DNA of 64,000 nucleotides. Origin: a virus. The position numbers and the translations under genes were made by a program. This document shows positions 29,197 through 39,999 of this stretch, one piece after another; position 1 is the first letter of the stretch, and each line of letters begins with the position of its first letter. Where the stretch lies: IMG/VR virus record IMGVR_UViG_3300028534_000013, positions 57,868 to 121,867 of that record; one strand, given 5' to 3'. Below the pieces are notes generated by a model that ran no database searches, was not told the origin of the DNA, and saw nothing but the letters and a program-made list of their open reading frames with translations.

Positions 29197-29886
29197 TCAC
29201 ACATATTTGAGCGCATGTTTTTTTACATCAAAATTACCGTATTCTAAATCGCTAACCGCTTCATCGTAAAGTTTTCTGTCCAACCCTGGAAATGGAAGTT
29301 TTTCTTTTAGAATGTCTTTTGCCGCTATATTATTATCATAATCGTAAAGTTCTATTTTAGAGCTGCCCGGTCTTAAAGTAAACCAATTGTTTTTTTTGAA
29401 GTCACAGACAAAATAAAAGCCGGCTTTATTCTTTACTATAAATTTTTCTTTAGCGGTTCCAACGGCCAGGTATATATCTACTTTTTTAGGATTGATAGCA
29501 ACAAGTCCTTTTGTTACTGGCTGAACTTCGTCAGAATCCTCTTCATATCCTCCTATGTCCCTTTTATAGCATACTGAGCTAACCTCTACGCCTACATTAA
29601 ATTTTTCATGTATAAACAACTTTCCGTCTACCAATTCAATTGGGTATGTGGAAATAAAAACCCCTATGTTTTTATTTGAAGACATTTGTTCTTCTGTCAT
29701 CATTAACAGTCTTTTTTTGTCATCCCATTTAACTCCAACATAAAACAAATGCTGGTTCTCATAAGTTACTCTTCTATTATCTATTACCCCTATATCCATT
29801 CTGCCTTTTACCGTTAAAGCAATACCTGACGGAATGTTTTTTTCTTTTTTGCTTAATTGTGCGTTAAAAATCACCTTAGCCATCAA
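29197..29886 (-). CDS. Hypothetical protein
   Basis: 229-aa ORF. Confidence 0.7.
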   Translation of the reverse strand: MMAKVIFNAQLSKKEKNIPSGIALTVKGRMDIGVIDNRRVTYENQHLFYVGVKWDDKKRLLMMTEEQMSSNKNIGVFISTYPIELVDGKLFIHEKFNVGVEVSSVCYKRDIGGYEEDSDEVQPVTKGLVAINPKKVDIYLAVGTAKEKFIVKNKAGFYFVCDFKKNNWFTLRPGSSKIELYDYDNNIAAKDILKEKLPFPGLDRKLYDEAVSDLEYGNFDVKKHALKYV

Positions 29887-30190
29887 TGTCCTTTGTAAAA
29901 TTATATATTTTAAAATCTCTTAAATACATCAGCTGATATATTAACCCTGTGTCTGTCTTTGTTGCGTTTTCATATTGAAAATTGTATTGGTTTAAATATG
30001 GATTTATTTTATTTTTTTTTGTATTTAAAGAAAATATATCACTTTTTGCGGCTATATCAAATTCAGTTTCTTTTGCATCAAAAAAATTATCTATTTGAGA
30101 ACTTTTTTTATACAAAAAGCCGTCTCTATGTAATTGGTTTACGTTTTTAAAAAAACCGCTTTCTATTAAATCTAAAACATTACTCAGCAT
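29876..30190 (-). CDS. Hypothetical protein
   Basis: 104 aa, overlap-coupled. Confidence 0.65.
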   Translation of the reverse strand: MLSNVLDLIESGFFKNVNQLHRDGFLYKKSSQIDNFFDAKETEFDIAAKSDIFSLNTKKNKINPYLNQYNFQYENATKTDTGLIYQLMYLRDFKIYNFTKDIDG

Positions 30191-30443
30191 TTTCTTCCTC
30201 TATTATTGGATTTTCCTCTATGTTAGATTTTTTTACAATTACGGAATATGTAATTATTCTTGTTATTGTGCCCTGCATATCGGTACTCTCAATAGTCTCG
30301 ATATGTTCGTATCTGCTATCCGTCAAAAGTTTTTGCATAAATTCTTCATATAAGTCTGTCACCGAAAAATCGGCGAAGATGAACATTTTTGTTTTTATTA
30401 TCTTTTTGTATCCATCAAGACCGAAAGTTCCGAAAACGTCCAT
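30180..30443 (-). CDS. Hypothetical protein
   Basis: 87 aa, TAATG-coupled. Confidence 0.65.
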   Translation of the reverse strand: MDVFGTFGLDGYKKIIKTKMFIFADFSVTDLYEEFMQKLLTDSRYEHIETIESTDMQGTITRIITYSVIVKKSNIEENPIIEEENAE

Positions 30444-30658
30444 TATTTTCTTCTGTCTCTAGCCATAATGGCCGATTTAACCATTTTTAAATACGGGGCA
30501 ACCTTACTTGCTACTTCTCCACTGCATTCTCTTAATTTTAATTGAAGAGCTGAAACTTGTTGTAAATCCAGGTTATCAGCCATCCAATTTGGACTTTTGC
30601 TTTCAAAAAAATGTCTTAATTTGGTGCAACTCCATCTTCCAATATCACCTACATTCAT
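30443..30658 (-). CDS. Hypothetical protein
   Basis: 71 aa with a GGAG RBS. Confidence 0.6.
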   Translation of the reverse strand: MNVGDIGRWSCTKLRHFFESKSPNWMADNLDLQQVSALQLKLRECSGEVASKVAPYLKMVKSAIMARDRRK

Positions 30659-30883
30659 TTACTCTCCTTTGTAAAAAATTCCGATATTTTGCAACAATCT
30701 TACATTAAAAGCCTCAACCGTTTTAAATCTTTCAAAATTTCTTACTTCAGCCGTAGATACAATAAAATCATCCATAAACTTAGGGCAGCTTTTTGCACTA
30801 ACGTTATAAAAATAATTTTTTTGCTGTGAAATCTTTTCCAATTTCTCGGTTGTAAGCTTATCGAATATTATAGCATTTTTCAT
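30659..30883 (-). CDS. Hypothetical protein
   Basis: 74 aa, TAATG-coupled. Confidence 0.6.
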   Translation of the reverse strand: MKNAIIFDKLTTEKLEKISQQKNYFYNVSAKSCPKFMDDFIVSTAEVRNFERFKTVEAFNVRLLQNIGIFYKGE

Positions 30884-33800
30884 TACGATTCCTTAGTATA
30901 ATTTATTAAAATTAAATTATTTTTATCATTATATGTTAATTTTAAATCTGTTTCACTTATGATTATATCACAATTTATACCAGCTGCTGCCTGTTCAATA
31001 TTTGCTTTAAAGTCAAATTTTGACAAATCTATATCAGTAACATCACCTTCAGCTATATCATTCATTGCGCCTATGCCGCATAAAAATATGTGAAACAATT
31101 CATAAGGTAATATATCTGTCATTGTGTCGTCGTTCATAAAAACAGTTCCAACGCATCCGTTAAAATAACTCTCATAATCTGATGAGGCAATACCGTTTCT
31201 TTTTATTGACTCGTAAATTCTAACGAATAAATTCATTAAAGCGCTTTCTGATGAATAAATATTTCTGGTAGGGCCTAATAATGCCGCAAAATCCCAAGGG
31301 TCAGCTCCGTTAAATCTGTCGTATAATATTTTGATTTGAGAAACCGAATCCTGTACACCTATAATGTTGTCTTTATCTTTTATAAAAAATGTTTTAATTA
31401 AGGCGTTCCATACTGTGTCTTTATATTTTAAAGAAACTCCGCTAGTACATCTATTAGATAAAAATCCCCCTATAGTGGCAAAATAACCATTTCTCACAAT
31501 GTCGATAAGCAACATATCATCATATATTGATAAAGTTTCTATAAGTTTGACATTAGAAGTAGACAAAGGAAGCACTACAGCTCTGCTGATATTGTCACCA
31601 TTAAGCGTCTCTTTAAGCGTTGCGTTTATAGCGGAAGGTAGTATTCTTAATGCAAGAGCTTTTTCGTTTGTGGACATGTTTTTATATTCTTGTGTTGTTA
31701 GTTTATCCAAGTCTAAATCAGATGTTTTGTTTATTTCTGTTTTGTATTGTCTTATATAAAGAGTTGAAAAAGTTACTACCGCCTCTTCCGGAGTTCCATC
31801 CAAGCCATAATCCATTGCTGGAGCTGATTCTGGAGTATCAAGCTCTAAAACTACATTCCTAAATGTATCGCTATGTAAATGAACTATTACATCATTAAGG
31901 TCAAAAAAGAATACTTCTAATAAATCAGTAATTTGTTCAAGCATATTAGGTGCGTTCTGCGCAAGAAATAAATCCATTAGGGCATGTTTTAAAACATATT
32001 CGTCTATTTGTGTTTCATTTCCGCTGTCATCTATTAAAGTATCGTTTTTAAACAGCTTAATCAACTCAGGATTTCTGGATAAATCGTTTAAAGTTACTTT
32101 TCCGTAATTTTTAAAATTAAACTCTTTAATATTTAACATGCCGTAAAAAGGTTTGAACACTTCTTTTAAATCCGTTTCTTTAAACGCATAAGACCCTATA
32201 ATATTTATGTTTTGTTTGGTTAGTAAATCGTGTGGCGTATATACATTTTCTTCTTGCATATAGTTGCTAAGCGTATTTTGCATTGTCGAAAAATATGTAT
32301 CACTCATTCCCAAGAACACTTTCTGAATGTCGTCTAACGATATTTCGTTGAAATAATTTAATTGAACAGAAGGAATAAATTGATTTTTTGGAGCAGTAAA
32401 TATCCCGTATTTTTCTACCATTGAGGTATTTTGGAAATAAAAATCAGCATCTACAACACTGTCATATATAGATATATATTTTAATTTCTTTTGCAATAAT
32501 AAATTCTTGTTAACAAGGGTGAGATTTTTTATTTCATCCACACATTCATACAAAGTTGAAACATCATTATCGTCTATTGAGTTATATTTATAATTATCTT
32601 CATCAGATTTCAATCTAACATCCGATATAGCTTTTGGAGTAAAGATAACTCCTGTTTGCATTATGTCATCGGATTCTTTTAAGCTGATTGGAGAATTTGA
32701 CGAATTAACACTGTTTTGAGGCTTGAACAGTTTTAAACTTGCACCTTGAAAAGCGTAATTTCTAACGTCATATTTAACCAGAACGTTTCTGCTAACAGGT
32801 TCTACATAATCCTGTTCCCCGCTTGTTGAAATAGTATGCTCTGAGTAATCTTTTAGAGTAAGTAGGATTTTGCTTGAGCTATTAGTGGCTGTACTTAACG
32901 TATCTGCGTTTATTAGCTCTACAAACTTGGAAGCTAAAGCTACTTCAGTATTTATATCAGGATTGTTTTCGTTAGTTGTATCAACGGTGTATTGAGTGTC
33001 GTCTATTTTTATATAATACACATATCCTCTTCTAAACTTAACAACCTCTACATTTCCGGTTTGATGTTTTCCATCTACATAAGACTGTGTTTTATTTATG
33101 TCAAACAAATCCGTAGGGGCTCCTGTTACTGTTAAATCAGTTTTTGTCGAAGTTAATATTATTTTACTGTCTGTTTGGTCTAAAGTAAAGTCCATTTCGT
33201 AAGGGTAATCATCATCAGTAGTATACGACGAGTTAACAAGTTCCACTTTAATAGGGCTGTCTGAATTGTTTACTCCGTCTAATATATCTCCTATAGTTGG
33301 ATACATTGTATCGCTTCCGTCTGATGCATACACTACCTCAAGAGTGTGATTGTCAGCATCCCAATTTACTTCCAAGTCATGTTCGCTTGAGTTGTCTTCA
33401 GTAAGAGATACGTTTACATCTAAACCTGTTTCCGTTGTAGGATAATACCATGCAAGTTTTATCTCGTTATCATCATCCTGAGGAGCTGCAGAATAATAAC
33501 CTGCTTCAGTTGTATAACTTACTCCGTCTATTCCTCCCGCAATATTACCTCCAAGTGTATCGGCCACTATGTCAGGGGTGTCATCTGTGGTAGGCGTATA
33601 TGAGTAATCTGCTCCATTTACATTTAGTGTGTTGGATTGTCCCGGAAATAAATATTTTACATATATTTCCACTATTGCGCTTTGTGCGCTTTGTGCGGCT
33701 TGCGTTTCTACAAAATCGCTTATTTTGCATCCGCTTCCGGTAATTTCAGAATCTGTAAGATTTAACTTGATTTCTTTAAATGATGAATTACTTAAAAATA

Positions 33801-34392
33801 AACCGTCTATATTGTTGAATGTTAAAAACAAATAATCTAAAACTTCATCTTTGTTATAGAACACAGTTTTAAAAGCTTTAACGTTTAAAATTGAATTACT
33901 TTCAAACGAGACATATGATACGGTTCCTGAGTTTACTGTTAGTGATTCAGTGGCTTTTGATAAAGTATTTATTTTTTCTTGCTGTTTTATTTCCCTAACA
34001 CTTAAAGCGTTGGTGTTAAAGTTATTTTTTTCTTGGGCAGCGTCCCATGTTTTATTCTTTTTCAAAAAATTAGCTTCAAGAAAATTATAAAAATCTAAAT
34101 ATTTTTTAATAGACGTATCGTCTGAAACTAAGTTATCGCATTTAATTTTAAAAACATCTGATTGCAATTCATACTCAATCCCAAGTAAATCACCTGATGT
34201 TTGTTTTAAATAACCGTCTATATTATTGGTAAATACTTTATTCAAAGTCACTCCTAATAAATTGTTTTTAATATCGTTGCTGTTTGTTAACAATGTAAAA
34301 ATTTTATCATATTGATTTACGGCATCAGAGAGAGCCAGTTTTAGCTCCTCTAAAGTATAATTGCCGCTTAATAACAATTCAACATTAGTCAT
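30883..34392 (-). CDS. Large virion structural protein (baseplate/tail) with central acidic Ig-like domains
   Basis: 1169 aa; central DNEIKL...LEVNWD...LEVVYASDG domain of the kind seen inserted in tail proteins. Confidence 0.55.
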   Translation of the reverse strand: MTNVELLLSGNYTLEELKLALSDAVNQYDKIFTLLTNSNDIKNNLLGVTLNKVFTNNIDGYLKQTSGDLLGIEYELQSDVFKIKCDNLVSDDTSIKKYLDFYNFLEANFLKKNKTWDAAQEKNNFNTNALSVREIKQQEKINTLSKATESLTVNSGTVSYVSFESNSILNVKAFKTVFYNKDEVLDYLFLTFNNIDGLFLSNSSFKEIKLNLTDSEITGSGCKISDFVETQAAQSAQSAIVEIYVKYLFPGQSNTLNVNGADYSYTPTTDDTPDIVADTLGGNIAGGIDGVSYTTEAGYYSAAPQDDDNEIKLAWYYPTTETGLDVNVSLTEDNSSEHDLEVNWDADNHTLEVVYASDGSDTMYPTIGDILDGVNNSDSPIKVELVNSSYTTDDDYPYEMDFTLDQTDSKIILTSTKTDLTVTGAPTDLFDINKTQSYVDGKHQTGNVEVVKFRRGYVYYIKIDDTQYTVDTTNENNPDINTEVALASKFVELINADTLSTATNSSSKILLTLKDYSEHTISTSGEQDYVEPVSRNVLVKYDVRNYAFQGASLKLFKPQNSVNSSNSPISLKESDDIMQTGVIFTPKAISDVRLKSDEDNYKYNSIDDNDVSTLYECVDEIKNLTLVNKNLLLQKKLKYISIYDSVVDADFYFQNTSMVEKYGIFTAPKNQFIPSVQLNYFNEISLDDIQKVFLGMSDTYFSTMQNTLSNYMQEENVYTPHDLLTKQNINIIGSYAFKETDLKEVFKPFYGMLNIKEFNFKNYGKVTLNDLSRNPELIKLFKNDTLIDDSGNETQIDEYVLKHALMDLFLAQNAPNMLEQITDLLEVFFFDLNDVIVHLHSDTFRNVVLELDTPESAPAMDYGLDGTPEEAVVTFSTLYIRQYKTEINKTSDLDLDKLTTQEYKNMSTNEKALALRILPSAINATLKETLNGDNISRAVVLPLSTSNVKLIETLSIYDDMLLIDIVRNGYFATIGGFLSNRCTSGVSLKYKDTVWNALIKTFFIKDKDNIIGVQDSVSQIKILYDRFNGADPWDFAALLGPTRNIYSSESALMNLFVRIYESIKRNGIASSDYESYFNGCVGTVFMNDDTMTDILPYELFHIFLCGIGAMNDIAEGDVTDIDLSKFDFKANIEQAAAGINCDIIISETDLKLTYNDKNNLILINYTKES

Positions 34393-36131
34393 TAATTATT
34401 GCCTTCAAGTTGACTTAGTCTGTTTTCAATGTCTTCAAATTTAGTTTTGTTGTTTTGGTTTTGTGTTTTAAATTTGTTTGCTAAAGCAAGTAGTGCATTT
34501 GAGATTGAATCAATAGCTTCTACGTGTTTATTCATGGATTCGGCAACTTTAGTTTGAAGCACAGCTGTATCTATATCTCTGTAAATTATTTCTTCCGGCA
34601 ATAATGTCGTGTTAAGCTCGTCTGTAATTTCAGCTTCAAGAAGCTCAAAACTTGATGCCCCTTTAACGTAAATAGCCAATTTACCAGTTTCAAAAGGAGG
34701 TTCTTCTACCGACAACATTTTTGTTTTTATTTCAATAAAATCTCCGTTTACGCTTTTAAACAGTCTCAAGCTTTTCCCGAACGGAGTAAAAGAAATAACA
34801 AGTTTGTAAATATTATTATCAAAAGATAGAAATTCTTCAGGAATTACAGTAAAACCGTCCACTAAGAAATTGTTTTTAGGCTGAGCTTTGAAATTGTAAG
34901 TAAGGTCCGCTCCGTTAGGATGTTTAACTACACAGTATCCTTTAACATTGTTTGCCAATGTTTCAAATACAGTGTTTTTTTCTGTAGAACCAGTAATTAC
35001 TGAAGTTTGCTCACCAAGAGAATTAACTCCATACACCACATCAGGAGAAGTGTTATATGTTTGTACCCCGAATATCACATTAAAAATATCATTTCTTGCC
35101 AATTCCGGATACTTTGAAAAAGCCGATTCAGTGTTTGCACTTTCTTGATAGGTTACCACATCTAAAACAATTCCTATACGCTGATTATCTCTGTCCACAA
35201 AAAGATAATTTCCGTTTTCATCAATAAATGACCATACAGGATATTTTAATGAAAGCTCGTTTTCTTCTGTTCCGTCAAAAACTTTTATTGTCCCGTTTAA
35301 AGAGACAATGTAGTATCTTCCGTTGGCAAGTTGTGCGTTTTGTACTTCGCTTTCGGTATTTACTGTACCGTCAACAAAATTAAAGAAATATAAATTGTTA
35401 TCAATGTCTATTAGCGTCAAAGAATCTTGAAAAGCTTTAACTGTTTTATACGTTAATGTAGTATCAACAGCTGAATAGTCTCCATCTCCCCAAATTGATA
35501 TTTTTCCATTTGCTTTTTTTATTACAACAAAATTGCTTCCCGCAAATATTCTTACCGGACTATCCGTTGAACTGCTATAATCATTTACAGCATCAGGAAC
35601 CGAAACTTTATCATCAGCGCTTTTACCGTTTACAACTACTATATTTTTATTTTCATTCGTATCTTTATAGATGAAGGCCACAAATCCGTCTCCAGCCGCT
35701 ACATCCACTACGTTGCTTGGTTGATTATCCGTTTGCCCATTAGTGTTGTCTCCATAAATATAAACATTTCCGTTTACTAACGCTGTTTTATTGGTTGAAC
35801 TTCCGTCTATTTTTATATTTTTAAAATCTATTTCATCAAAAGACGCTTTTTCTTCCCCGTTAACAATTAGTTTTTTTTCACTGTTGATATAAATTTTCTC
35901 ATCTCCGTTAAACCAATATGGAGCAGGTAATTCTGTTTCAACATAAGGGTCGGCCTTAAATAAAAATACAACACTTTTGTTTACAGACAAATCAAACGCT
36001 TCATTCGAAACAATTCCCGTGTTATAGTCTTGATTTTTTACATTATTTAGATAAATTCCGCCATCTTCCGTTAATGTAGCAGTGGCCCCTACTACGGAAA
36101 AATCACTACTGGTTAATTTTTGTGTTGCCAT
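34392..36131 (-). CDS. RCC1-like beta-propeller tail protein with C-terminal coiled coil
   Basis: GNVYIYGDNTNGQ...VVDVAAGDGF and IFAGSNFVVIKKANGKISIWG. Confidence 0.65.
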   Translation of the reverse strand: MATQKLTSSDFSVVGATATLTEDGGIYLNNVKNQDYNTGIVSNEAFDLSVNKSVVFLFKADPYVETELPAPYWFNGDEKIYINSEKKLIVNGEEKASFDEIDFKNIKIDGSSTNKTALVNGNVYIYGDNTNGQTDNQPSNVVDVAAGDGFVAFIYKDTNENKNIVVVNGKSADDKVSVPDAVNDYSSSTDSPVRIFAGSNFVVIKKANGKISIWGDGDYSAVDTTLTYKTVKAFQDSLTLIDIDNNLYFFNFVDGTVNTESEVQNAQLANGRYYIVSLNGTIKVFDGTEENELSLKYPVWSFIDENGNYLFVDRDNQRIGIVLDVVTYQESANTESAFSKYPELARNDIFNVIFGVQTYNTSPDVVYGVNSLGEQTSVITGSTEKNTVFETLANNVKGYCVVKHPNGADLTYNFKAQPKNNFLVDGFTVIPEEFLSFDNNIYKLVISFTPFGKSLRLFKSVNGDFIEIKTKMLSVEEPPFETGKLAIYVKGASSFELLEAEITDELNTTLLPEEIIYRDIDTAVLQTKVAESMNKHVEAIDSISNALLALANKFKTQNQNNKTKFEDIENRLSQLEGNN

Positions 36132-36143
36132 AATTTTTCCTTA

Positions 36144-36473
36144 TTATTTGTTTTTTTCAATTGCTTTTATAACCTTGCTGGCTATTTTGTCACCTAAAAC
36201 ATCAGCTATTTTTACCAAGTTTGCAATGTCTGTATTTCCCGCTTCTTCAGCTACTTTTATTAAGCCGCTAAGAGAATCAACCTTATCCAGTTCTGAAGCA
36301 ATTTTTTCAATTGATTGACTTACCTTATTTACAGCTTCAACTTCTAGATTTAAGTCATCCAGCTCAGCTGTGTTTTTTTCTGAAGCTTCTTTTTGCAGGT
36401 TTGTATCTGGTTTAGTTTCTTCCGTTTTCACTTCTTCTTTTACGCTTTGGATAAATTCTTGAAAAGAATGCAT
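36144..36473 (-). CDS. K-x-A repeat protein
   Basis: KEA, KIA, KVA, KIA, KIA in 109 aa; own TGATATTAT promoter at 36495-36503 and an AAGGA RBS. Confidence 0.75.
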   Translation of the reverse strand: MHSFQEFIQSVKEEVKTEETKPDTNLQKEASEKNTAELDDLNLEVEAVNKVSQSIEKIASELDKVDSLSGLIKVAEEAGNTDIANLVKIADVLGDKIASKVIKAIEKNK

Positions 36474-36547
36474 AACAAATCCTTTTTTTGTTAAATAATA
36501 TCAAAAAACAAGGGTATTAGCAAGAAAAAAAAGGGAGAAAGAGATTA

Positions 36548-38497
36548 TTAGAGGTTTGAAAGGTAATTGTATTTTCTGATTTTACCGCCAAAAATAACGT
36601 AAATATATTTACTTCCATCAGTAGTTTCTACGTTGATTGCATCGTTACCAAGCTGAATATCGTTTATATTCGCCACCGTTACTATACTGCCGTCAGCATC
36701 TTTATACCATAGAGTGTGTGTTTTATCTAAAACAAATAAATTTTCACCTAAAGAAAGAGTTTTTACAACTCCGTTAGATACTGCTGAAGAGGTAACATTA
36801 TTATCGTCATCAACAAGTTTGTAATCATCAAACACATTTGAATCCACCAATTCGCTGTCCGTAATTTCTTTTACGGCGTTACTGTTTAATACCGCAATAA
36901 TTTTATTTCCTACAGGGAATACATTGGCAATGTCAGTCAGATTCGCTGTTGCAATAGTTGAAACTGATTTAGAATCGTAAGCTGTTTCTCCAAGAACCAC
37001 GATTTTGTCTTCCGCTTGAATTAATGTTACAGTGTTATACAGGATTACAGATTTGATTTTTTTAATATCAAATTTTTCTTCCGTATAATATTTGTTGTCT
37101 TTTAGTTCTCCGTCTACAGTTATGATAACCATGTGGTTTTTATTTGTTCCGGCATAGCTCACATTAACATTTGAGGCCATTGTAAAATACAAATACATGT
37201 CGCTGTTGTTAAATTTAATTTTTCTGTCCATTGAGATTGCGCCGAATTTATCATCACTGATATACATAGGCGCAACTACATATTCTCCAAAATCGATAGC
37301 ATTTCCTGTAACACTGAATGTGTCACTTGTTTCGTCTGGGAAAACAACGTCAAAATATTTTGCGTTACCGCTGTCATCTACAGTCACTATTCTCACTTTG
37401 TCATCATATTGTTGCCCATACACAATGTTTTTGAAAATTGAAACCGCATAATATGTTCTTATAAAATCTTCATAAATAAGCCCCATAATAGATGAATCTT
37501 TCACAAGATTAAGTAAATCTGGATTATTAACAAGAGATTCAAAATATTCCCTGTAGCTGTCTTCATACACAAATTGAGAAAATGTTAAATTTACATCCAG
37601 ATGGTAATATTGGCTGAGTAACAAACCTAAAAATGCATCATTGTTAACAACAGCTGTATATAGCTTACTATCTTTTCCGGCTTTATTTACAACTTCAAAT
37701 ACGCATAGAGCTTCTCTTATCTCGCTGTCGTTGCTCATTTGAGCAATAAGCTCTTCATTATTGGCTATAGCTGCTATATCTGATTCTCCGGAAAGGAACA
37801 TTGCTCTACCGATTAAACCAAACGGGCTGTCAAGTGTAATATTTCTACTTGCGTCTTCTGATAGTACAAGAGAAAACGTAGTCGCTCTTGAAACCAATTC
37901 TTCAAGAGTTGAAAATTTATTATACGTTTCAAGGCCCGCTTCTTTCACTGCTATTTTAACGTATGCAAGCTCAACATTTTTGTAAGCGTCTTGAACTTTG
38001 TTAGGATATGTGCTTTTTACATATTCCCATAACTCATTGTTGACTAAAAGATTATCCCAAAAAGTATCAACATTGTACAATGCTCTTTCAAAGAATAAGT
38101 CGTTTTGCTTAAACACCTCATCCATAACATCTTGCGTAAAGAATACTTCGTTAAAATGTGTATTTGTAAAAATACTGTCCCCGAACTTTTTGATTGAAAT
38201 AATGTACAGCTTGCCGTTAATTTCAACTTCAGTATCGCTTTTCTTGTTAACAGTGGTTCCTTCAGGTTGACTTGCTATGAAAGCGTCCATTAGGCTTTGT
38301 TGCAATTTTGCAATTACATCATCAGACATTTGAAATTCAAGCAATTGCTGTAGTTTTTTTCTCAAGACCGAAGAATCAATAAAATTCTTTACATCCTCAA
38401 CAGTCGAATTTTCGTTATATAGATTGTCCAAAACAGACATATCAGGTAATTGGTTTATTACGTCGTTATCCGTAATGGTTGTTGTGAAATCTGCCAT
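36548..38497 (-). CDS. Putative tail fibre/adhesin-associated protein
   Basis: 649 aa; helical N-half and beta-rich C-half. Confidence 0.55.
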   Translation of the reverse strand: MADFTTTITDNDVINQLPDMSVLDNLYNENSTVEDVKNFIDSSVLRKKLQQLLEFQMSDDVIAKLQQSLMDAFIASQPEGTTVNKKSDTEVEINGKLYIISIKKFGDSIFTNTHFNEVFFTQDVMDEVFKQNDLFFERALYNVDTFWDNLLVNNELWEYVKSTYPNKVQDAYKNVELAYVKIAVKEAGLETYNKFSTLEELVSRATTFSLVLSEDASRNITLDSPFGLIGRAMFLSGESDIAAIANNEELIAQMSNDSEIREALCVFEVVNKAGKDSKLYTAVVNNDAFLGLLLSQYYHLDVNLTFSQFVYEDSYREYFESLVNNPDLLNLVKDSSIMGLIYEDFIRTYYAVSIFKNIVYGQQYDDKVRIVTVDDSGNAKYFDVVFPDETSDTFSVTGNAIDFGEYVVAPMYISDDKFGAISMDRKIKFNNSDMYLYFTMASNVNVSYAGTNKNHMVIITVDGELKDNKYYTEEKFDIKKIKSVILYNTVTLIQAEDKIVVLGETAYDSKSVSTIATANLTDIANVFPVGNKIIAVLNSNAVKEITDSELVDSNVFDDYKLVDDDNNVTSSAVSNGVVKTLSLGENLFVLDKTHTLWYKDADGSIVTVANINDIQLGNDAINVETTDGSKYIYVIFGGKIRKYNYLSNL

Positions 38498-38508
38498 TTT
38501 ATCTCCTT

Positions 38509-38898
38509 TTATACTGCATAATGTATTTCACCAGAATCGCTTGGATATTCTGGGTTATCTTCTCTACCTGTAGTTCCGTCCCAATCATTGCTTGGATTGT
38601 AAGAACCGTCAAGATTGTTGTCCGGTATTTGCTCATAAGTTCCCAACACATCATCGCTTACTGCCGCTGGGGAAACTGTCCCAAAAGTATTAAACAAATT
38701 ATATTTCAATATTGCAATATCTTGATTGATAGCCATAATTTGCTCTTGGTTTGCTATGCTTCTTTTTTCGCCGTCGGGAGTTTCGTAAATGAACGTATCC
38801 CCTTTTCTAAGGTCTATAACCATACAAGGATAAAGAAGAGAATCTCTATCCAATTCGTAAGAAGACTCTACGTTAGCCCCTATTAAATATATTTGCAT
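38509..38898 (-). CDS. Hypothetical protein
   Basis: 129 aa with a GGAG RBS. Confidence 0.7.
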   Translation of the reverse strand: MQIYLIGANVESSYELDRDSLLYPCMVIDLRKGDTFIYETPDGEKRSIANQEQIMAINQDIAILKYNLFNTFGTVSPAAVSDDVLGTYEQIPDNNLDGSYNPSNDWDGTTGREDNPEYPSDSGEIHYAV

Positions 38899-38908
38899 AT
38901 TAAGCTCC

Positions 38909-39517
38909 TTATCCGACTACTTCAAAGTCGCTGTCATCGCTTGTACTTATTGCCTGTTTGATTTCTTCAATTTTTCCGTCAAGATATGTTGTGCTGTCTT
39001 CTATTTTTGTGCCTAAGTCATCTGTTGTATATTGCACAACTTCCACAAACGCTGCAAGGTTTCTTAGGTCGATAGAAGGATTGCTTATTACAACATTATA
39101 TTTTCCTGGGTTAGGAATGTTAACAGGAATTTTGTATATACCTGTGTTACCAACCTGAGTTAAGGTGCTGTTGTAAGCAATATCTGCAACTAATTCTTTT
39201 CTAACCTTAATAATTCCACTGTCTACACTTTCAATGTAGTACATGTTGCCGTTTTCATCTTTAAACACCATTCCATCAGTAAGCGTACTGTCATCCGAAA
39301 CTTTAATAGTTTTAGTTCCTTTAGGCGCTTCTTCTGCAACTGTTGCTGTAGCTGGGCTGTCAACAGCCTCTATTACCTCTGTTACACTAACATTCGCTTG
39401 CGATACACTTCCATCTGCAAGATTGATTGTTTTAACAACAAAGTTTTCTATCCCGAAATACTTTTGTTTACTATTTATTGTTAATTCAAAATCTTGTCCT
39501 GCTTTTGCTAGAATCAT
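38909..39517 (-). CDS. Putative virion protein
   Basis: 202 aa, beta-rich, with a C-terminal coil. Confidence 0.6.
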   Translation of the reverse strand: MILAKAGQDFELTINSKQKYFGIENFVVKTINLADGSVSQANVSVTEVIEAVDSPATATVAEEAPKGTKTIKVSDDSTLTDGMVFKDENGNMYYIESVDSGIIKVRKELVADIAYNSTLTQVGNTGIYKIPVNIPNPGKYNVVISNPSIDLRNLAAFVEVVQYTTDDLGTKIEDSTTYLDGKIEEIKQAISTSDDSDFEVVG

Positions 39518-39544
39518 TTGTGCTCCTTATTTATTTTTTTTGGT

Positions 39545-39988
39545 TTATCCTGAAATTGTCCAACCGTCATCACTGTCTTCGATAACTGTGGTTGAGCCAG
39601 TTCCGGTTCCTGTCTCTGTAATGTTATTATACACAGTAGTTGGAACAATGTCTATAATGTTGGATACAACTGATTTTATTAACACGTTATAATTCCCTAA
39701 AGTTCTTGTAAACGGAGAACTCTGGTCATCGCTGTATAGATTACCCTTTACCGTTAGCGTATGGTTGGCTTCGTAAGGCCTTATCTTCCAACCGTTCATA
39801 AGAAAATACGTTATTCCCAATTTAGTATCACCTATAGGGTCGCCTCCAACATATCTCATTGCAAGAGGGTATTTTAGATTTTGAGGATTTGATAACCATA
39901 TTTTCCAATTATAATATAGTTTTCTTGTGTCCACAAAATCTTCACCATTATCCATGATAATTAATTTGTTTTGTCCATCAAACGTCAT
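39545..39988 (-). CDS. Phage tail-associated hypothetical protein
   Basis: TFDGQNKLII...AMRYVGGDPIG...YFLMNGWKIRP...GNLY pattern, recalled from phage tail loci. Confidence 0.6.
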   Translation of the reverse strand: MTFDGQNKLIIMDNGEDFVDTRKLYYNWKIWLSNPQNLKYPLAMRYVGGDPIGDTKLGITYFLMNGWKIRPYEANHTLTVKGNLYSDDQSSPFTRTLGNYNVLIKSVVSNIIDIVPTTVYNNITETGTGTGSTTVIEDSDDGWTISG

Positions 39989-39999
39989 TTTATCTCCTT